Source: Alphaproteobacteria bacterium (GTDB lineage: Bacteria; Pseudomonadota; Alphaproteobacteria; Puniceispirillales; UBA1172). From it: a stretch of DNA of 64,000 nt. Below the pieces are notes generated by a model, which was given only the letters and a program-made list of their open reading frames with translations, searched no databases and was not told the DNA's origin. A program made the position numbers and the translations under genes. The stretch is taken from contig JAYQOF010000006.1 in the NCBI GenBank assembly GCA_038144675.1, positions 41,622-105,621 on the forward strand, written 5' to 3'. Numbering within the stretch: the stretch's first letter is position 1; each line of letters starts with the position of its first letter. Positions 29,718 to 41,003 of the stretch are shown here, piece after piece.

Positions 29718-32065
29718 ATGACAAGTCATTTCCCTGATATCCCGTTTTCGTCCATTGCCGTCATTGGTGCGGGTACGATGGGTAGTGCAATCGCCGGACA
29801 AATTGCTAATGCTGGCCTTGATGTATTATTGCTTGATATGCCGGATGATGATGCCGAACATGTTAACCGGCCGCAGCATGGAAGCCGTGGAACGGCTAAA
29901 GAAATCTGATCCGCCTGCTTTGTTTTCCAAATCATGTGCTGACCGTATCAAGACAGGTAATATCCGTGATGATATGGCAAAGCTTGCCGATGCAGACTGG
30001 ATTATTGAAGCGGTGGTCGAACGGCTGGATATCAAGAAAGCCCTTTATCAACAGCTGGCTGAGGTTATTCCGGATCATGCTGTTGTCACATCAAATACAT
30101 CCACCATTCCAATTCGTGTGCTGATTGAGGATATGGATAAGGATTTTCGCCGCCGGTTTGCCATCACCCATTATTTTAATCCGGTGCGCTATATGCGCCT
30201 GCTGGAACTGGTCGAAGGTGAGGATACAGACGCTGATATCATGGCAAAACTAAAAGATTATGAATGACCGTGTTTTGGGAAAAGGCGTTGTGCAATGCCG
30301 CGATACGCCGGGCTTTTTAGGAAACCGTGTTGGGGTTTATGCGCTTCAGGTTGGTCTGGCTGAAGCATATGATCAGGGCTTATCGCTGGAACATGCCGAT
30401 GCCGTGATGGGTCGCCCAATGGGTATCCCTAAAACAGGAGTATTCGGTCTTTATGATCTGATTGGTGTTGATCTGATGTCTGACGTGGTAGCAACATTAG
30501 CAACCATTCTTCCTGCTGATGATAGTTTTCATGCAGTGGGAAGGATCATAATCCGGTGGCTAGCACCATTGCATCAATGCTGGCAGATGGCCATAAGGGT
30601 GATAAATCAGGTGGGGGGTTTTATCGCGAAGATCGCACCATGATGATTGATCTGGCTAGTGGTGATCTGGTCAAGACAGGGGAAAATCCATCAAAACTCA
30701 TTGATACAGCAAATGCCATGATGGCGGCAGGCGATGATGCGCTTGTCCTGATGATTAGCCCGCCCGACAATACAGCAGACGCCTCACTGGTGCGTTTTGC
30801 CCGTCGTGTTCTGGGTAAAGTTTTTGCTTATGCGGCTTCTCTGATACCGGCGGGAACACAGCCCCCCCAAGATATTGATGATGCGATGAAACTGGGCTTT
30901 AACTGGCAACGTGGGCCGTTTGAGATGATGGACGCCATAGGTCATGATACGGTCAGAACCATGATCCGTGAAATCTGATATGGATATCCCGCCTATTCTG
31001 GCGGACAGAGCATGTGAATGCCTTTTATCAGCCCAAAGATGGCCAGTTGATGGTAGCGGCATTTACCAGAGAAGATCAGACAGCGGATATGCGGCCAGTT
31101 AATTTGCCGCCGCGCACCATTCGTTTTCATATGATGCGCCGTTGCCTGACTCCGGTACAACAAAACAAGGCCGCCAGTCTATTTGCGCTGGACGGTGATA
31201 TCAGGCTGATTGAGTTTCATTCCAAAGCCAATGCCCTGACTGATGAATCTATGGAAATTGTTGCCGCCGCCGCCACAGATCATGGCCGTGGTATTATTAT
31301 CCATAATGATGCCCAGCATTTTTCGGCGGGGTGGATTTAACCTCTGTTCTGGCATTAATCAGGCAACAGGACTGGGCAGGAATTGATGCTTTTCTGATCC
31401 GGTTTCAGGATGCGGTTGCAGCCATGCGTGATGCGCCGGTTCCGGTTATTGCGGCCCCTTCAGGGCTGGCCATTGGTGGCGGGTTTGAAGTGATTGTCCA
31501 TGCTGATGAAGTCATAGCTCATGGTAATTCAGTGTTTGGATTAGTTGAAGCCGCTGTCGGGGTTGTTCCCGGTGGGGCGGCGTCAAGGAAACCGATGCGG
31601 CGCTGGCTTGATGCAACAAACGATCCTGAAACAGCGGCATGGAAGACCTGGATGCAGATTGGCTATGCCCGCACTGGCACCAGTCCAGAGGAAAGCGCAA
31701 AGCTTCAATATTTTCTACCCGAAAGGGATAGGATGGAAATGAACCGTGATAAGCTTCTGGCTAGTGCGATGGAACGTATCGAAACTATTCATAGCGCCGG
31801 ATATATGCCACCCAAAGCTCCGCAATTAACCTTGCCTAGCGTGGATTTGCGTAAAAAAATGTCTGATTTCATGGATAAGGGCATTGCAGATGGGTTGTTT
31901 TTACCACATGATAAAACGGTTGCAATGGCGGTTGCTAGCATTGTCGTCAGTGATACCGATGGTGAAGAAACTGTATCTGAACGGGATATGTTTGCGCGTG
32001 AAAGGCGGGCCTTTCTGGCTTTAGCAAAAACAGAACCTACGCTGGAACGTATTTCGATGCATTAA
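29718..32065 (+). pseudogene. bifunctional 3-hydroxyacyl-CoA dehydrogenase (N-terminal) / enoyl-CoA hydratase (C-terminal), at least five frameshifts
   Basis: [55 protein letters not shown], then a crotonase-like part PVPVIAAPSGLAIGGGFEV. Six ORF-track pieces. Confidence 0.8.
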
Positions 32066-32122
32066 TGGAAAAGGGGCAATCTATAAGAAATTGATTGCCA
32101 GAGATGATTTGGAGAATAGTTA

Positions 32123-33767
32123 ATGACAAACCCGTATGATGCCTTTCCGGCGGTTTCAGCAAATTATGTTCCTCTATCACCTTTATCATTCTTGCCACGG
32201 GCGGCATCAATTTATCCTGATGGTGATGCCGTTATTCACGGCAAACGCAGATATTCATGGCGTGAAACCTTTAACAGATGTCGACAGCTGGCAACGGGAT
32301 TGAATGCTATCGGGGTTAGTAAAGGCGACACGGTATCCATTCTTGCCCCCAATATTCCTGAAATGGTTGAGGCGCATTTTGGTGTTCCGGCAAGTGGCGG
32401 GGTTTTGAATGCAATCAACACCCGGCTTGATCCGGAAACAATTGCCTATATCCTCGGTCATGGGGAATGCCGGGTTTTGCTAGTTGATCAGGAGTTTGCG
32501 GAAACAGCCAAACACGCGCTGGCCGCCATGGATCCGGCAGATGTGGCAAAGATCACGGTGATTGATATCATTGACAACGCGTATCAGGGAGATATCAACC
32601 CTATCGGATCAATGGATTATGATGCGCTTCTGGCAAAGGGGAATGTAAATGATCCATGGCAATTGCCAGAAAGCGAATGGGATGCGCTGACCTTGAATTA
32701 TACGTCAGGGACAACTAATCGACCGAAAGGTGTCGTTTATCATCATCGCGGGGCATATCTGTTATGTATGGGAACGATCAGCGACTGGTTTGCGGCGAAA
32801 AGACCATGTTATTCTGGCGCTTGTTCCATTATTCCATTGTAATGGCTGGGGGCATAGCTGGACAATGGCAGCACTTGGGGGGACAATTATTTGTACTCGT
32901 GCTGTTTCGGCGAAAGTGATCTTTGATTCTATTGCGGATCATGGCGTTACCCATTTTGGTGGCGCACCGATTGTTCTATCCATGATCATTAACGCCGAGG
33001 AGAATATCAAACGGCCTATCCCCGAAGGAATACAGGTTGTAACAGCCGGCGCCCCACCACCACCATCTGTTATCACCCAGATGGAAGCGCTTGGGTTTGT
33101 TGTCACACATGTCTATGGCCTGACCGAAACTTATGGCCATGTGACCATGAATATCTGGCATGATGAATGGGATCAGGATGATAGCAAAAACCGTGATCTT
33201 CTCTTGGCGCGGCAAGGTGTAGCCATGACATTTTTGGAAGAACAGGATGTTGTGGATTCGGAAACCATGACACCTGTTCCTGCCGATGGATCAACCATTG
33301 GTGAGATTGTGTTTCGTGGCAATACGGTGATGAAAGGATATTTCAAAAATCCTGACGCTACTGATGAGGCCTTTTCCGGCGGCTATTTCCATACGGGTGA
33401 TCTGGCGGTCAAACACCCTGATGGTTATGTCCAGATTATGGATAGGTTGAAAGATATCATCATTTCTGGCGGCGAAAATATCTCATCTGTTGAAGTTGAA
33501 GCAACCTTGCACAAACATCCTGCTGTTGCGCTGGCAGCGGTTGTAGCCATGGCTGATGAAAAATGGGGTGAAGTGCCTTGTGCTTTTGTTGAATGTAAAG
33601 GTGATATTGCCCCTAGCGAAGATGAACTTATTGCCTTTTGCCGTGAACATATGGCGTCCTTTAAGCGACCAAAGAAAGTTGTCTTCACAACCATCCCGAA
33701 AACCTCAACAGGTAAAATGCAGAAATTCGAATTACGCCGGATGCTTAAGGACGGCCAGTTCAGCTGA
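32123..33767 (+). pseudogene. AMP-dependent acyl-CoA synthetase (candidate MMPA-CoA ligase DmdB-like), one frameshift
   Basis: ANYVPLSPLSFLPRAASIYPDGDAVIHG...LNYTSGTTNRPKGVVYHHRGAYL, then VPLFHCNGWGHSW...YFHTGDLAV...GGENISSVEVE...PKTSTGKMQK. The break is near 32785. Confidence 0.8.
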
Positions 33768-34524
33768 TTGACAGATCAGGCGGAAGAAGCGTTAACCCAA
33801 GCACATAACTATCCGGCAGAATTAATCCATCCGGCATATCTGTGACTGTTGGGAATTGATCTGGTAAATGCGCTGGCGACTGCTGTTCAGCTTCAGCGAT
33901 AACGCTTTCCATCATCATCCCTCCCTGATCATTGGAACAAATCCGAAAGATATCCGATTGATAGGTTATGTCAGGATATCGGGCAGATTGTTGCCGCTGG
34001 TGCCATCCTTCCTGTCGTTCAATGCGTATACGCGGGGTGACCAGTATGATCGGCAATCGTTGCATCTCATCATCCAGCCTGCGGCCTTGTGGTGCCCATA
34101 ATACCTGCTCGCATCTTGATATCACTGGCCAGCCGAATGATAGCTGTCTGATCAGCATTGGTGGCGGTGAGCGTATCAAGCCGACGATCAGCCCGGATAT
34201 GATATGTCCGGCCGCCCAGCATCCATGCACCGCCATGATCAAGTCGGGCATCAGCCAGTTGCAGGATAGCGTCCTGTGAAAGCGGCAAGCGCATGTGCTA
34301 ATCCCGTTATCGGCAAGGCTGGTGGGTAATTCATGCCAGCGTTGACGTCTTAGTTCAGGGCCCGCATCCCGCCAGATAGTGACCTCATCATGGGGACGCT
34401 GGCATCCACTGCATCCGCTATGTTCGGTGTGATCACATATACCAACACAAGGGCTATGTGATGATGTGTCATAATCCAGCGCATCTTCAAGCATGGCATG
34501 ATAGGTCATATCTATGTTAGTCAT
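33760..34524 (-). pseudogene. DUF1289-type Cys-rich N-terminus followed by an unclear, probably frameshifted body
   Basis: SPCVGICDHTEHSGCSGCQRPHDEVTIW resembles DUF1289/YdhL. A more protein-like alternative frame (ORF 34070-34294) suggests that part of the long ORF is out of frame. Confidence 0.3.
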
Positions 34525-35427
34525 TCGCTTTGATCCTGATTAATCCCAGTTGCTGTTCTTCTTTAAGTGTTGCGGCCAGACCAGCATGATAATCGGGGTA
34601 AAGTAAATCAAGCCCGATAGCAGATTTCAGTTTGCTGGAATCCACGCATCTGGCCGTGGCATAAAAACTCCGTGCCATGGCTGACATATCAGCATCGGCA
34701 AAATCTACGGGATCAGGCGGATCTACACCTAGCATCTCTGCTGCCTTTCTGATCACTTCCCCGGCCTCGCTAGGGTTGCCATCGGCACAATTCAGCACCC
34801 GACGTGGCATAGGCTGTTCCATGGCTGCTATGATAATGCGGGCAAGATCAGTAACGTGAATACGATTAAACAAATGCCCCGGTTTACGGATAATCCGTGC
34901 CTTGCCAGATAATAATGCCTGAAAGGCTGACCGCCCAGCACCATAGATACCAGCGGCGCGGAATATTCTGCCCCCAGTTGATCCTGCCAGTCCATTTCAG
35001 CCTGTCGTCGCCACTGGCCGCGTGTTGATATGGCATCTGTGGGGCTGTCTTCATTAACCCATCCGCCATCTGCTTCGGTATAGACGCTGGTAGCGGAAAC
35101 ATAGCCTGCCCATAAACCACGCTCTGCCTTAATAGTACTTAAGGCGTTTCCATGTGCGGCCAGCACCGGGTCGGTGCCGCCAATAACAGCAATGGTGGAT
35201 AGAACATGGGTGACACCAGCAAAGGCGCGGTCAGGATCAGAAATGGGCTCATCCGCGGCAAAGTTAAATACCTCAACAGATGAAGGAAGGGCATGAATGC
35301 CGCTGTCAGGGCGCATGCCGCCCCTTTTGGTTCCACGCACATGCCAACCCTTTTCCACAAGCATCCGTGCCAGTTTAGTGCCGGTGAAGCCAAGACCAAA
35401 AATAAATATAGTGGGTTGATAAGACAT
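34517..35427 (-). pseudogene. NAD-dependent epimerase/dehydratase (SDR) family protein, frameshifted
   Basis: MSYQPTIFIFGLGFTGTKLARMLVEKGWHVRGT, then IFRAAGIYGAGRSAFQAL in another frame, then FNRIHVTDLARIII (ORF 34517-34873). Confidence 0.7.
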
Positions 35428-35566
35428 GATCTGAACTTTAACTTTTTCCGTCATCTTGGCAAGGCGGAAATTCCATTGCGCTTCATGATAGCAAAGGCTA
35501 TGACAGGATAACGTTATCAAAAGCGAAAAAAAGGGATGAATATGACCAGGATCACGGCTCTGGACA

Positions 35567-36163
35567 ATGGCGATGGCTTTGGCCATATTGACCGCCGCGG
35601 CGATAGCGGCAATAGCACTCTATACCCTAACAGACCGGTTGGCGCGTGAAAAAATGGAACCGTTTTTCCCGCATCTGGCTGACGCTTCGTTTGAACTGGT
35701 ATCTGCAAGTGGCGGGGCAATAAGCAATAATGATCTGATTGGTCAGCCAAGATTGATGTTTTTCGGATTTACCCATTGTCCGGAAATTTGTCCGACAACA
35801 CTTTACCGGTTGTCGAGTATAGCAGAGAGGCTGGATGCCACAGACCAGCTGGGGATTGTATTTGTTACGGTTGATCCGGAAAGAGATACCGCCGCTTACC
35901 TTGCCGATTATATCAGTAATTTTGCCCCCAATATTACCGCATTAACCGGAACGCCGGCAGCGGTTAGGCAACTGGCTGATCACTATCGGGTTGTTGTACA
36001 GAAAGTTGATCTTGACGATGGGGATTATACGGTTGATCACACAGCGTCGGTATTTATGTTTGATCGTAAAGGGGAGTTTTCTGGTATCATTGCCTGGGGT
36101 GAGGCTGATGCAACCATAGAAGAAAAAATCAAAAAGACTGTTAAAATAGATGACATGGGATAG
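35567..36163 (+). CDS. SCO1/SenC family copper chaperone / thiol-disulfide oxidoreductase (intact)
   Basis: FFGFTHCPEICPTTL motif, N-terminal membrane anchor, and DHTASVFMFD. Confidence 0.85.
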   Translation: MAMALAILTAAAIAAIALYTLTDRLAREKMEPFFPHLADASFELVSASGGAISNNDLIGQPRLMFFGFTHCPEICPTTLYRLSSIAERLDATDQLGIVFVTVDPERDTAAYLADYISNFAPNITALTGTPAAVRQLADHYRVVVQKVDLDDGDYTVDHTASVFMFDRKGEFSGIIAWGEADATIEEKIKKTVKIDDMG

Positions 36164-36172
36164 ATAAGCCAT

Positions 36173-37321
36173 ATGGCTAAACAGGTGATTATTATAGGTG
36201 ATGGGGTGGCAGGATTGTCTATGGCGCTGGCCATGGCAAATGCTGGTAAGTCCGTTACATTAATTGGTGCAAAAAAAGATTCTACCGATATCATGCCGGG
36301 CGGTGTTCAGATGGCGGCGAATGGCTGGTCAGCCCTGCATGCGCTAGGTTGTGATGCGGCCGTTTGGGAACATGCAAACCGGTTGACACTGATGCGGATT
36401 ATGTCCCTCGCCAATGGTCATAATCTTGTTAGTATTCCACTTGATGAACAACATAGCCGACAGCCCTATGCTTCGGTGACTCGTCACGGGCTATTATCAT
36501 CTTTATCCGCGGCTGTTGACGCATGTTCCTTGATAACGCGCATCACAGCGACCATTTCAGATATCGAACATCATGCTGATCAGGTGACGGTTACTGATGA
36601 AGATCACAATAGCTATCAGGCAGACTGGGTTTTTGGTGCGGATGGAATGATGGGGTTATGCCGGCAATATGTCGATGGCGGCATTAGCGTTAAATCTGGA
36701 AAAGCCAGTCGCTATGCCTATCGGTTTCTATTGCCCCTACATCAATTGCCGCCAGTATTGTCTTCGGCGTCAACCAGTGTCTGGCTGGGGCAGGATGGCC
36801 ATATGGTGCATTATCCCCTTTCAGATGGACATTTCAATCTTGTGGTCATGACACATGGCAGTGATGATAAAGACCAACGCTGGGCGTCGGTAAAGACTCT
36901 CCTTCAGGCGCATCCATGGCTAGAAGAAACTGATCCCATGCTGTCAGAGGATAAAGCGCATATCATACCATTACAATCATGGCCACGCTGTGATAGCTGG
37001 ATCAGGGGAAGGGTTGTCATCACCGGCGATAGCGCCCATCAGATGCCCCCACATCTGGCACAAGGTACTGGTCAGGCGTTAATTGATGCGGCTAGTTTAG
37101 GACAGATGATATCCGGTGGTATGACCATGACAGATGCTATTCCGGCATGGGCTGGTCAGCGTATGCGGCGGATCAGATCGGTGCTGGCATCAGCCGAACA
37201 AGCCGGAAAAGTATTTGCGCCACCGCCAGTTCTTTCCCCGGTTAGAGATATGATGGTGGGGCTTGGTGGGATGGCGATCATGCCGCGTATTCTGGATAAA
37301 ATCTGGTCAGATCAGTTATAA
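36173..37321 (+). CDS. FAD-dependent monooxygenase (UbiH/salicylate hydroxylase-like; intact, 382 aa)
   Basis: VIIIGDGVAGLSMALAMANAG dinucleotide fold and ITGDSAHQMPPHLAQGTGQALIDA. Confidence 0.85.
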   Translation: MAKQVIIIGDGVAGLSMALAMANAGKSVTLIGAKKDSTDIMPGGVQMAANGWSALHALGCDAAVWEHANRLTLMRIMSLANGHNLVSIPLDEQHSRQPYASVTRHGLLSSLSAAVDACSLITRITATISDIEHHADQVTVTDEDHNSYQADWVFGADGMMGLCRQYVDGGISVKSGKASRYAYRFLLPLHQLPPVLSSASTSVWLGQDGHMVHYPLSDGHFNLVVMTHGSDDKDQRWASVKTLLQAHPWLEETDPMLSEDKAHIIPLQSWPRCDSWIRGRVVITGDSAHQMPPHLAQGTGQALIDAASLGQMISGGMTMTDAIPAWAGQRMRRIRSVLASAEQAGKVFAPPPVLSPVRDMMVGLGGMAIMPRILDKIWSDQL

Positions 37322-37323
37322 AA

Positions 37324-37353
37324 AACCCGCAAACAGATATCTATTTGCGGGTT
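37324..37353. terminator. bidirectional hairpin terminator between convergent genes
   Basis: aacccgcaaa-cagatatcta-tttgcgggtt: a perfect 10-bp stem, with a partly self-complementary loop. A-run on one side, T on the other. Confidence 0.7.
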
Positions 37354-37377
37354 GATGATCGATATCAATATGGGGAT

Positions 37378-38121
37378 TTATTCACGGTTTCCAATTAACT
37401 GGATCAGGAATAAGAACATATTGATGAAATCGAGATATAGCTGAAGCGCACCATGAATGGATTTTTTCTGGGCAGTGCTATAACTATCAGACGCCATATA
37501 CATCATCTTGATTTTCTGTGTGTCGTAAGCGGTCAGACCAGCAAAGATCAGAACACCGGCAACACTGATTAGCAGACCCATTCCCATGGAACCGACAAAC
37601 ATATTGACAATCATGGCCAGCAGAAGACCAACCACGCCAATCATCAGAAAGGCACCAAGTGGCCCCAGATCACGTTTGGTCGTATAACCATAAATGCTGA
37701 GTGATGCAAAAGCCGCGGCAGTAATGAAAAAGGCGCGGGCAACGCTTTCACCTGTATAGACGATCAGGATAGAAGATAGGGAAATACCCATCAAAGCAGC
37801 AAAGGCATAAAATACACCCTGAGCCTTAGATACGCTCATGGCATGAATGCGAGCGGAAAGCCAGAACACCATAGCTAATGGCGCCAGAGCAATAACCCAT
37901 TTCAAAGGTGACAGATAAATGGCTTCACCAAGCGGGGTTAGCAGCGTGATGCTGCCCACTTCACCTGCAACAGTGAGCATTTTCGTGCCATAAGCGGCAA
38001 GGCCTGTCACTGCCAGTGCGGTGGTCATATAATTATAGACCCCCAGCATGTAGCTTCTCAAGCCTTCATCGATAGCGGCTTGGTTGGCTACGGTTGAATT
38101 CATATAACGATGGTCGTTCAT
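37378..38121 (-). CDS. Bax inhibitor-1/YccA family membrane protein (intact)
   Basis: Seven-transmembrane profile with C-terminal ALQLYLDFINMFLFLIQLIG, typical of the BI-1/YccA family. Confidence 0.85.
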   Translation of the reverse strand: MNDHRYMNSTVANQAAIDEGLRSYMLGVYNYMTTALAVTGLAAYGTKMLTVAGEVGSITLLTPLGEAIYLSPLKWVIALAPLAMVFWLSARIHAMSVSKAQGVFYAFAALMGISLSSILIVYTGESVARAFFITAAAFASLSIYGYTTKRDLGPLGAFLMIGVVGLLLAMIVNMFVGSMGMGLLISVAGVLIFAGLTAYDTQKIKMMYMASDSYSTAQKKSIHGALQLYLDFINMFLFLIQLIGNRE

Positions 38122-38199
38122 GTCATCCTCCGATTCAAACGAACAGTTTTATCTATTCTTAAGATAAACATTACTTGTGGCGATTTCAAGACAAACCTA

Positions 38200-39273
38200 T
38201 CAGGCAGTGATCGCTTTTATCTGGCTTTTTCGCAAACGTTCTGATGCGGTTTTCAGCTGGCCACATGCAGCAAGGATATCTTCGCCTCTGGGCGTGCGGA
38301 TAGGGCTGGCATACCCGGCTTTCATGACAATCGCGGCAAAGCTGTCAATGCGGTCATCTGTTGATCGTTCATAGCCACTTCCCGGCCATGGATTAAAGGG
38401 GATCAGATTAATTTTAGATGGTATTCCCTTGATCAGTTTTACCAGTGATCGCGCTTCGGCATCGCTGTCATTAATCCCGTCAAGCATAACATATTCCCAT
38501 GTAATCCGGCGCGCATTGGATAGTCCCGGATACTGGCGGCAGGCGTCAATCAGGGTTTTCAAGGGTATTTGCGATTGATTGGGACTAATGTATCACGCAA
38601 TTCATCATTGGTGGCATGTAATGATATGGCCAGATTAACCTAATTCTTCTCCGCACCGCATGATTTCAGGCACAATACCAGAGGTCGATAGCGTAATCCG
38701 CCGTTTGGATAACCCGATGCCTTCACCACTCATGATAATTTTTAATGCCTTGGCTACGTTGTCATAGTTAAATAAGGGTTCACCCATACCCATCATGACG
38801 ATATTAGTCAGCCGTCTGCCATCTTGGGTGGCTGGCCATTCGCCCAGTTCATCCATGGCAATCAGCACCTGGCCAGTGATTTCCGCCACTGTCAGATTAC
38901 GGACTAGCCGCTGTGTGCCAGTATGACAAAATGTACAGGTCAGGGTGCAACCAATCTGGGATGATACGCAAAGTGTGCCCCTATCTGCGTCAGGGATATA
39001 AACAGCCTCGGCTTCGTTCCCATCGGCAAAACGGAGCAACCATTTAATGGTACCATCTGTTGATTTCTGCCGGCTGGTGATGGTCGGGCGGGTAATCATC
39101 ATCTGCTCGGACAGGCGTTCACGAACAGGTTTGCCCAAATCTGTCATATCCTCAAATCGGGTTAGGCCATGCCGCCATACCCAGCGCCATATCTGTTTTG
39201 CTCGAAAACTAGGCAGACCTAATGCTTTGATGGCTTCATTCAGATCATCGGCATCACATCCGGTTAAATCCAT
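38200..39273 (-). pseudogene. rlmN: 23S rRNA/tRNA (adenine-C2)-methyltransferase RlmN (radical SAM), two frameshifts
   Basis: LCVSSQIGCTLTCTFCHTG, IVMMGMGEPL. The first ORF stops after [31 protein letters not shown] is in a second frame. [10 protein letters not shown]...[14 protein letters not shown]...ACGQL is in a third. Confidence 0.9.
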
Positions 39274-39337
39274 AAGGGGTTGTGATGCGGGTTAGCCCCG
39301 CAGGAGCTAATATCAACCTGATCAGGGGATGGGTAAC

Positions 39338-39877
39338 TCACTTTGGGCATAATGTGTTGATAGCTTTATAGGCAGCAGTAAATCCGGAAAGAGAATAAAT
39401 ATCTATGGTTTTGTTGCCTCTGCTGGAAATGCCGGTAACGGTCAATTCCTTGCCGCGCCGCATGGCCGCAATCATTTTTGAAGCATCATTTTCATATGCC
39501 CATGCATAATTACCATCAATATAGAGTTTATATGTTTTACCATCAATTTTGAAAATCACTTCGGACTGGTCGCGATAACGATAGCCGGCATAGGTACTGA
39601 TTTCATTCCGTGATCCATTACGGTGGGTGACGTATATGCGGGTTTGCCCACGATTATTGCGATCATATTCCCCTTTGAGCTGTTTAGGTGTGCTGGTCAT
39701 AAAACACTGTTTCTGGCTACCACTGCCATGGGTATGTGCTTCCCAGTCTTTGTGAATGCTTTTCGGTTCACTTGTAGATTGAGCATAGGCAGGGGTGATG
39801 GCCAGCATAGTTGCCATTACCAAAATCATCATATTTATACGCCACATATGCTTGGTTAACTGGATCATCTTTATCAA
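39338..39877 (-). CDS. invasion-associated locus B (IalB) family periplasmic protein (intact)
   Basis: Signal peptide, KDWEAHTHGSGSQKQCFMTS...YAGYRYRDQSEVIFKIDG...MIAAMRRGKELTVTG...SLSGFTAAYKAINTLC. Confidence 0.75.
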   Translation of the reverse strand: MIKMIQLTKHMWRINMMILVMATMLAITPAYAQSTSEPKSIHKDWEAHTHGSGSQKQCFMTSTPKQLKGEYDRNNRGQTRIYVTHRNGSRNEISTYAGYRYRDQSEVIFKIDGKTYKLYIDGNYAWAYENDASKMIAAMRRGKELTVTGISSRGNKTIDIYSLSGFTAAYKAINTLCPK

Positions 39878-40115
39878 CCTTTATCCGTTTTCCGTTGCTA
39901 AACTGTCAAAAATCAGGGGCAAGGGCAATCCCCAACCGTATTTTCTTTCTGGTTTTTATTTATAACTTTTTTAAGGAATTATTCCTATCAGCAATCATAA
40001 AAATATCCAGAATCTGAACCTGTTGCGGGTGTTTATTCATGTCGTTTAAGCTTCCGCACCCATAAAGGATCACCAAAGGCCGGTATTTCCAGTGTATCGG
40101 TGCCGCCACCGGGCA

Positions 40116-40574
40116 TTAATGGTCTGGGGCAAAACGTTCCATCGACTGCATACGATCATATAATACCAGCGCCCCTGCTACCGCAAGATTGAGGGAAAAC
40201 CGTGTTGGTATCTGTATCACATGATCGCATAGCTCTAGCATGTTGTCGCTTAATCCCATTCGTTCTGATCCCAGGATATAAGCTGCCATGCGGGGATGGC
40301 GAAAACTGGGCAAAAGATGGGCATCATCTGTTAATTCTATGCCGACCAGCTGACAGCCCCTGAGGCAAGCGAAAATCTTCTGTGCTGTCAAACATATGAA
40401 AGGGAGTTGTTCAATCGCTTTGGAGGTATCGCTCTGAATAATTTCACGCTGGCTAAACGCACCGCCAACCATAAATGCAAACGAAGCATGAAAGGCATGT
40501 GCGGTACGAATCACTGCACCAGCATTCCGCATCTTACTGACGCCTTCCACCCCTAATGCTGAATAGCCACGCAT
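40116..40574 (-). CDS. SpoU/TrmH-family RNA 2'-O-methyltransferase (C-terminal tail probably frameshifted)
   Basis: GVEGVSKMRNAGAVIRTAHAF, ILGSERMGLS, IPTRFSLNLAVAGALVLYD. After FAP the expected tail RPLMPGGGTDTLEIPAFGDPLWVRKLKRHE is in another frame, ending at TAA 40033-40035. The switch is at the G/C run 40126-40129. Confidence 0.7.
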   Translation of the reverse strand: MRGYSALGVEGVSKMRNAGAVIRTAHAFHASFAFMVGGAFSQREIIQSDTSKAIEQLPFICLTAQKIFACLRGCQLVGIELTDDAHLLPSFRHPRMAAYILGSERMGLSDNMLELCDHVIQIPTRFSLNLAVAGALVLYDRMQSMERFAPDH

Positions 40575-40576
40575 GA

Positions 40577-40885
40577 TTAATGATTCAACTCGCCTGCTGT
40601 TTTATCCATGAATGTAGCCAAGGTCACATCCAGTTCAGTCAGGCCAGACGCGTCATGGGTGGTCAGGGTGACATCAACTTTATGATAGACATTTGCCCAT
40701 TCTGGATGATGGTTCATCTGCTCGGCTTTCATCGCTGCCATTGTCATGAAAGCAAAGGCTGATTTGAAATTGTTAAAGGTGAATTGCCGATGAATGGCTG
40801 TCTGATCCGGATTGGTATTCCAGTCAGGAAGCTGGGTGAGGGCTTGGTTTAATTCATCGGGGCTAAGGCGTTCTTGAGTCATCAA
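40577..40885 (-). CDS. phhB: 4a-hydroxytetrahydrobiopterin (pterin-4a-carbinolamine) dehydratase (intact)
   Basis: FMTMAAMKAEQMNHHPEWANVYHKVDVTLTTHDASGLT, the signature of this family. Confidence 0.85.
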   Translation of the reverse strand: MMTQERLSPDELNQALTQLPDWNTNPDQTAIHRQFTFNNFKSAFAFMTMAAMKAEQMNHHPEWANVYHKVDVTLTTHDASGLTELDVTLATFMDKTAGELNH

Positions 40886-41003
40886 TTTATCATCCTGTCA
40901 TCTGTTTATAGTCTGGCTTTATATCATTACTGAAAATTGTGCCAGATTGCATCAAAAAAGCATCAGTATTGCCATCATTTGATTTATCATCTATACCGCA
41001 GGC

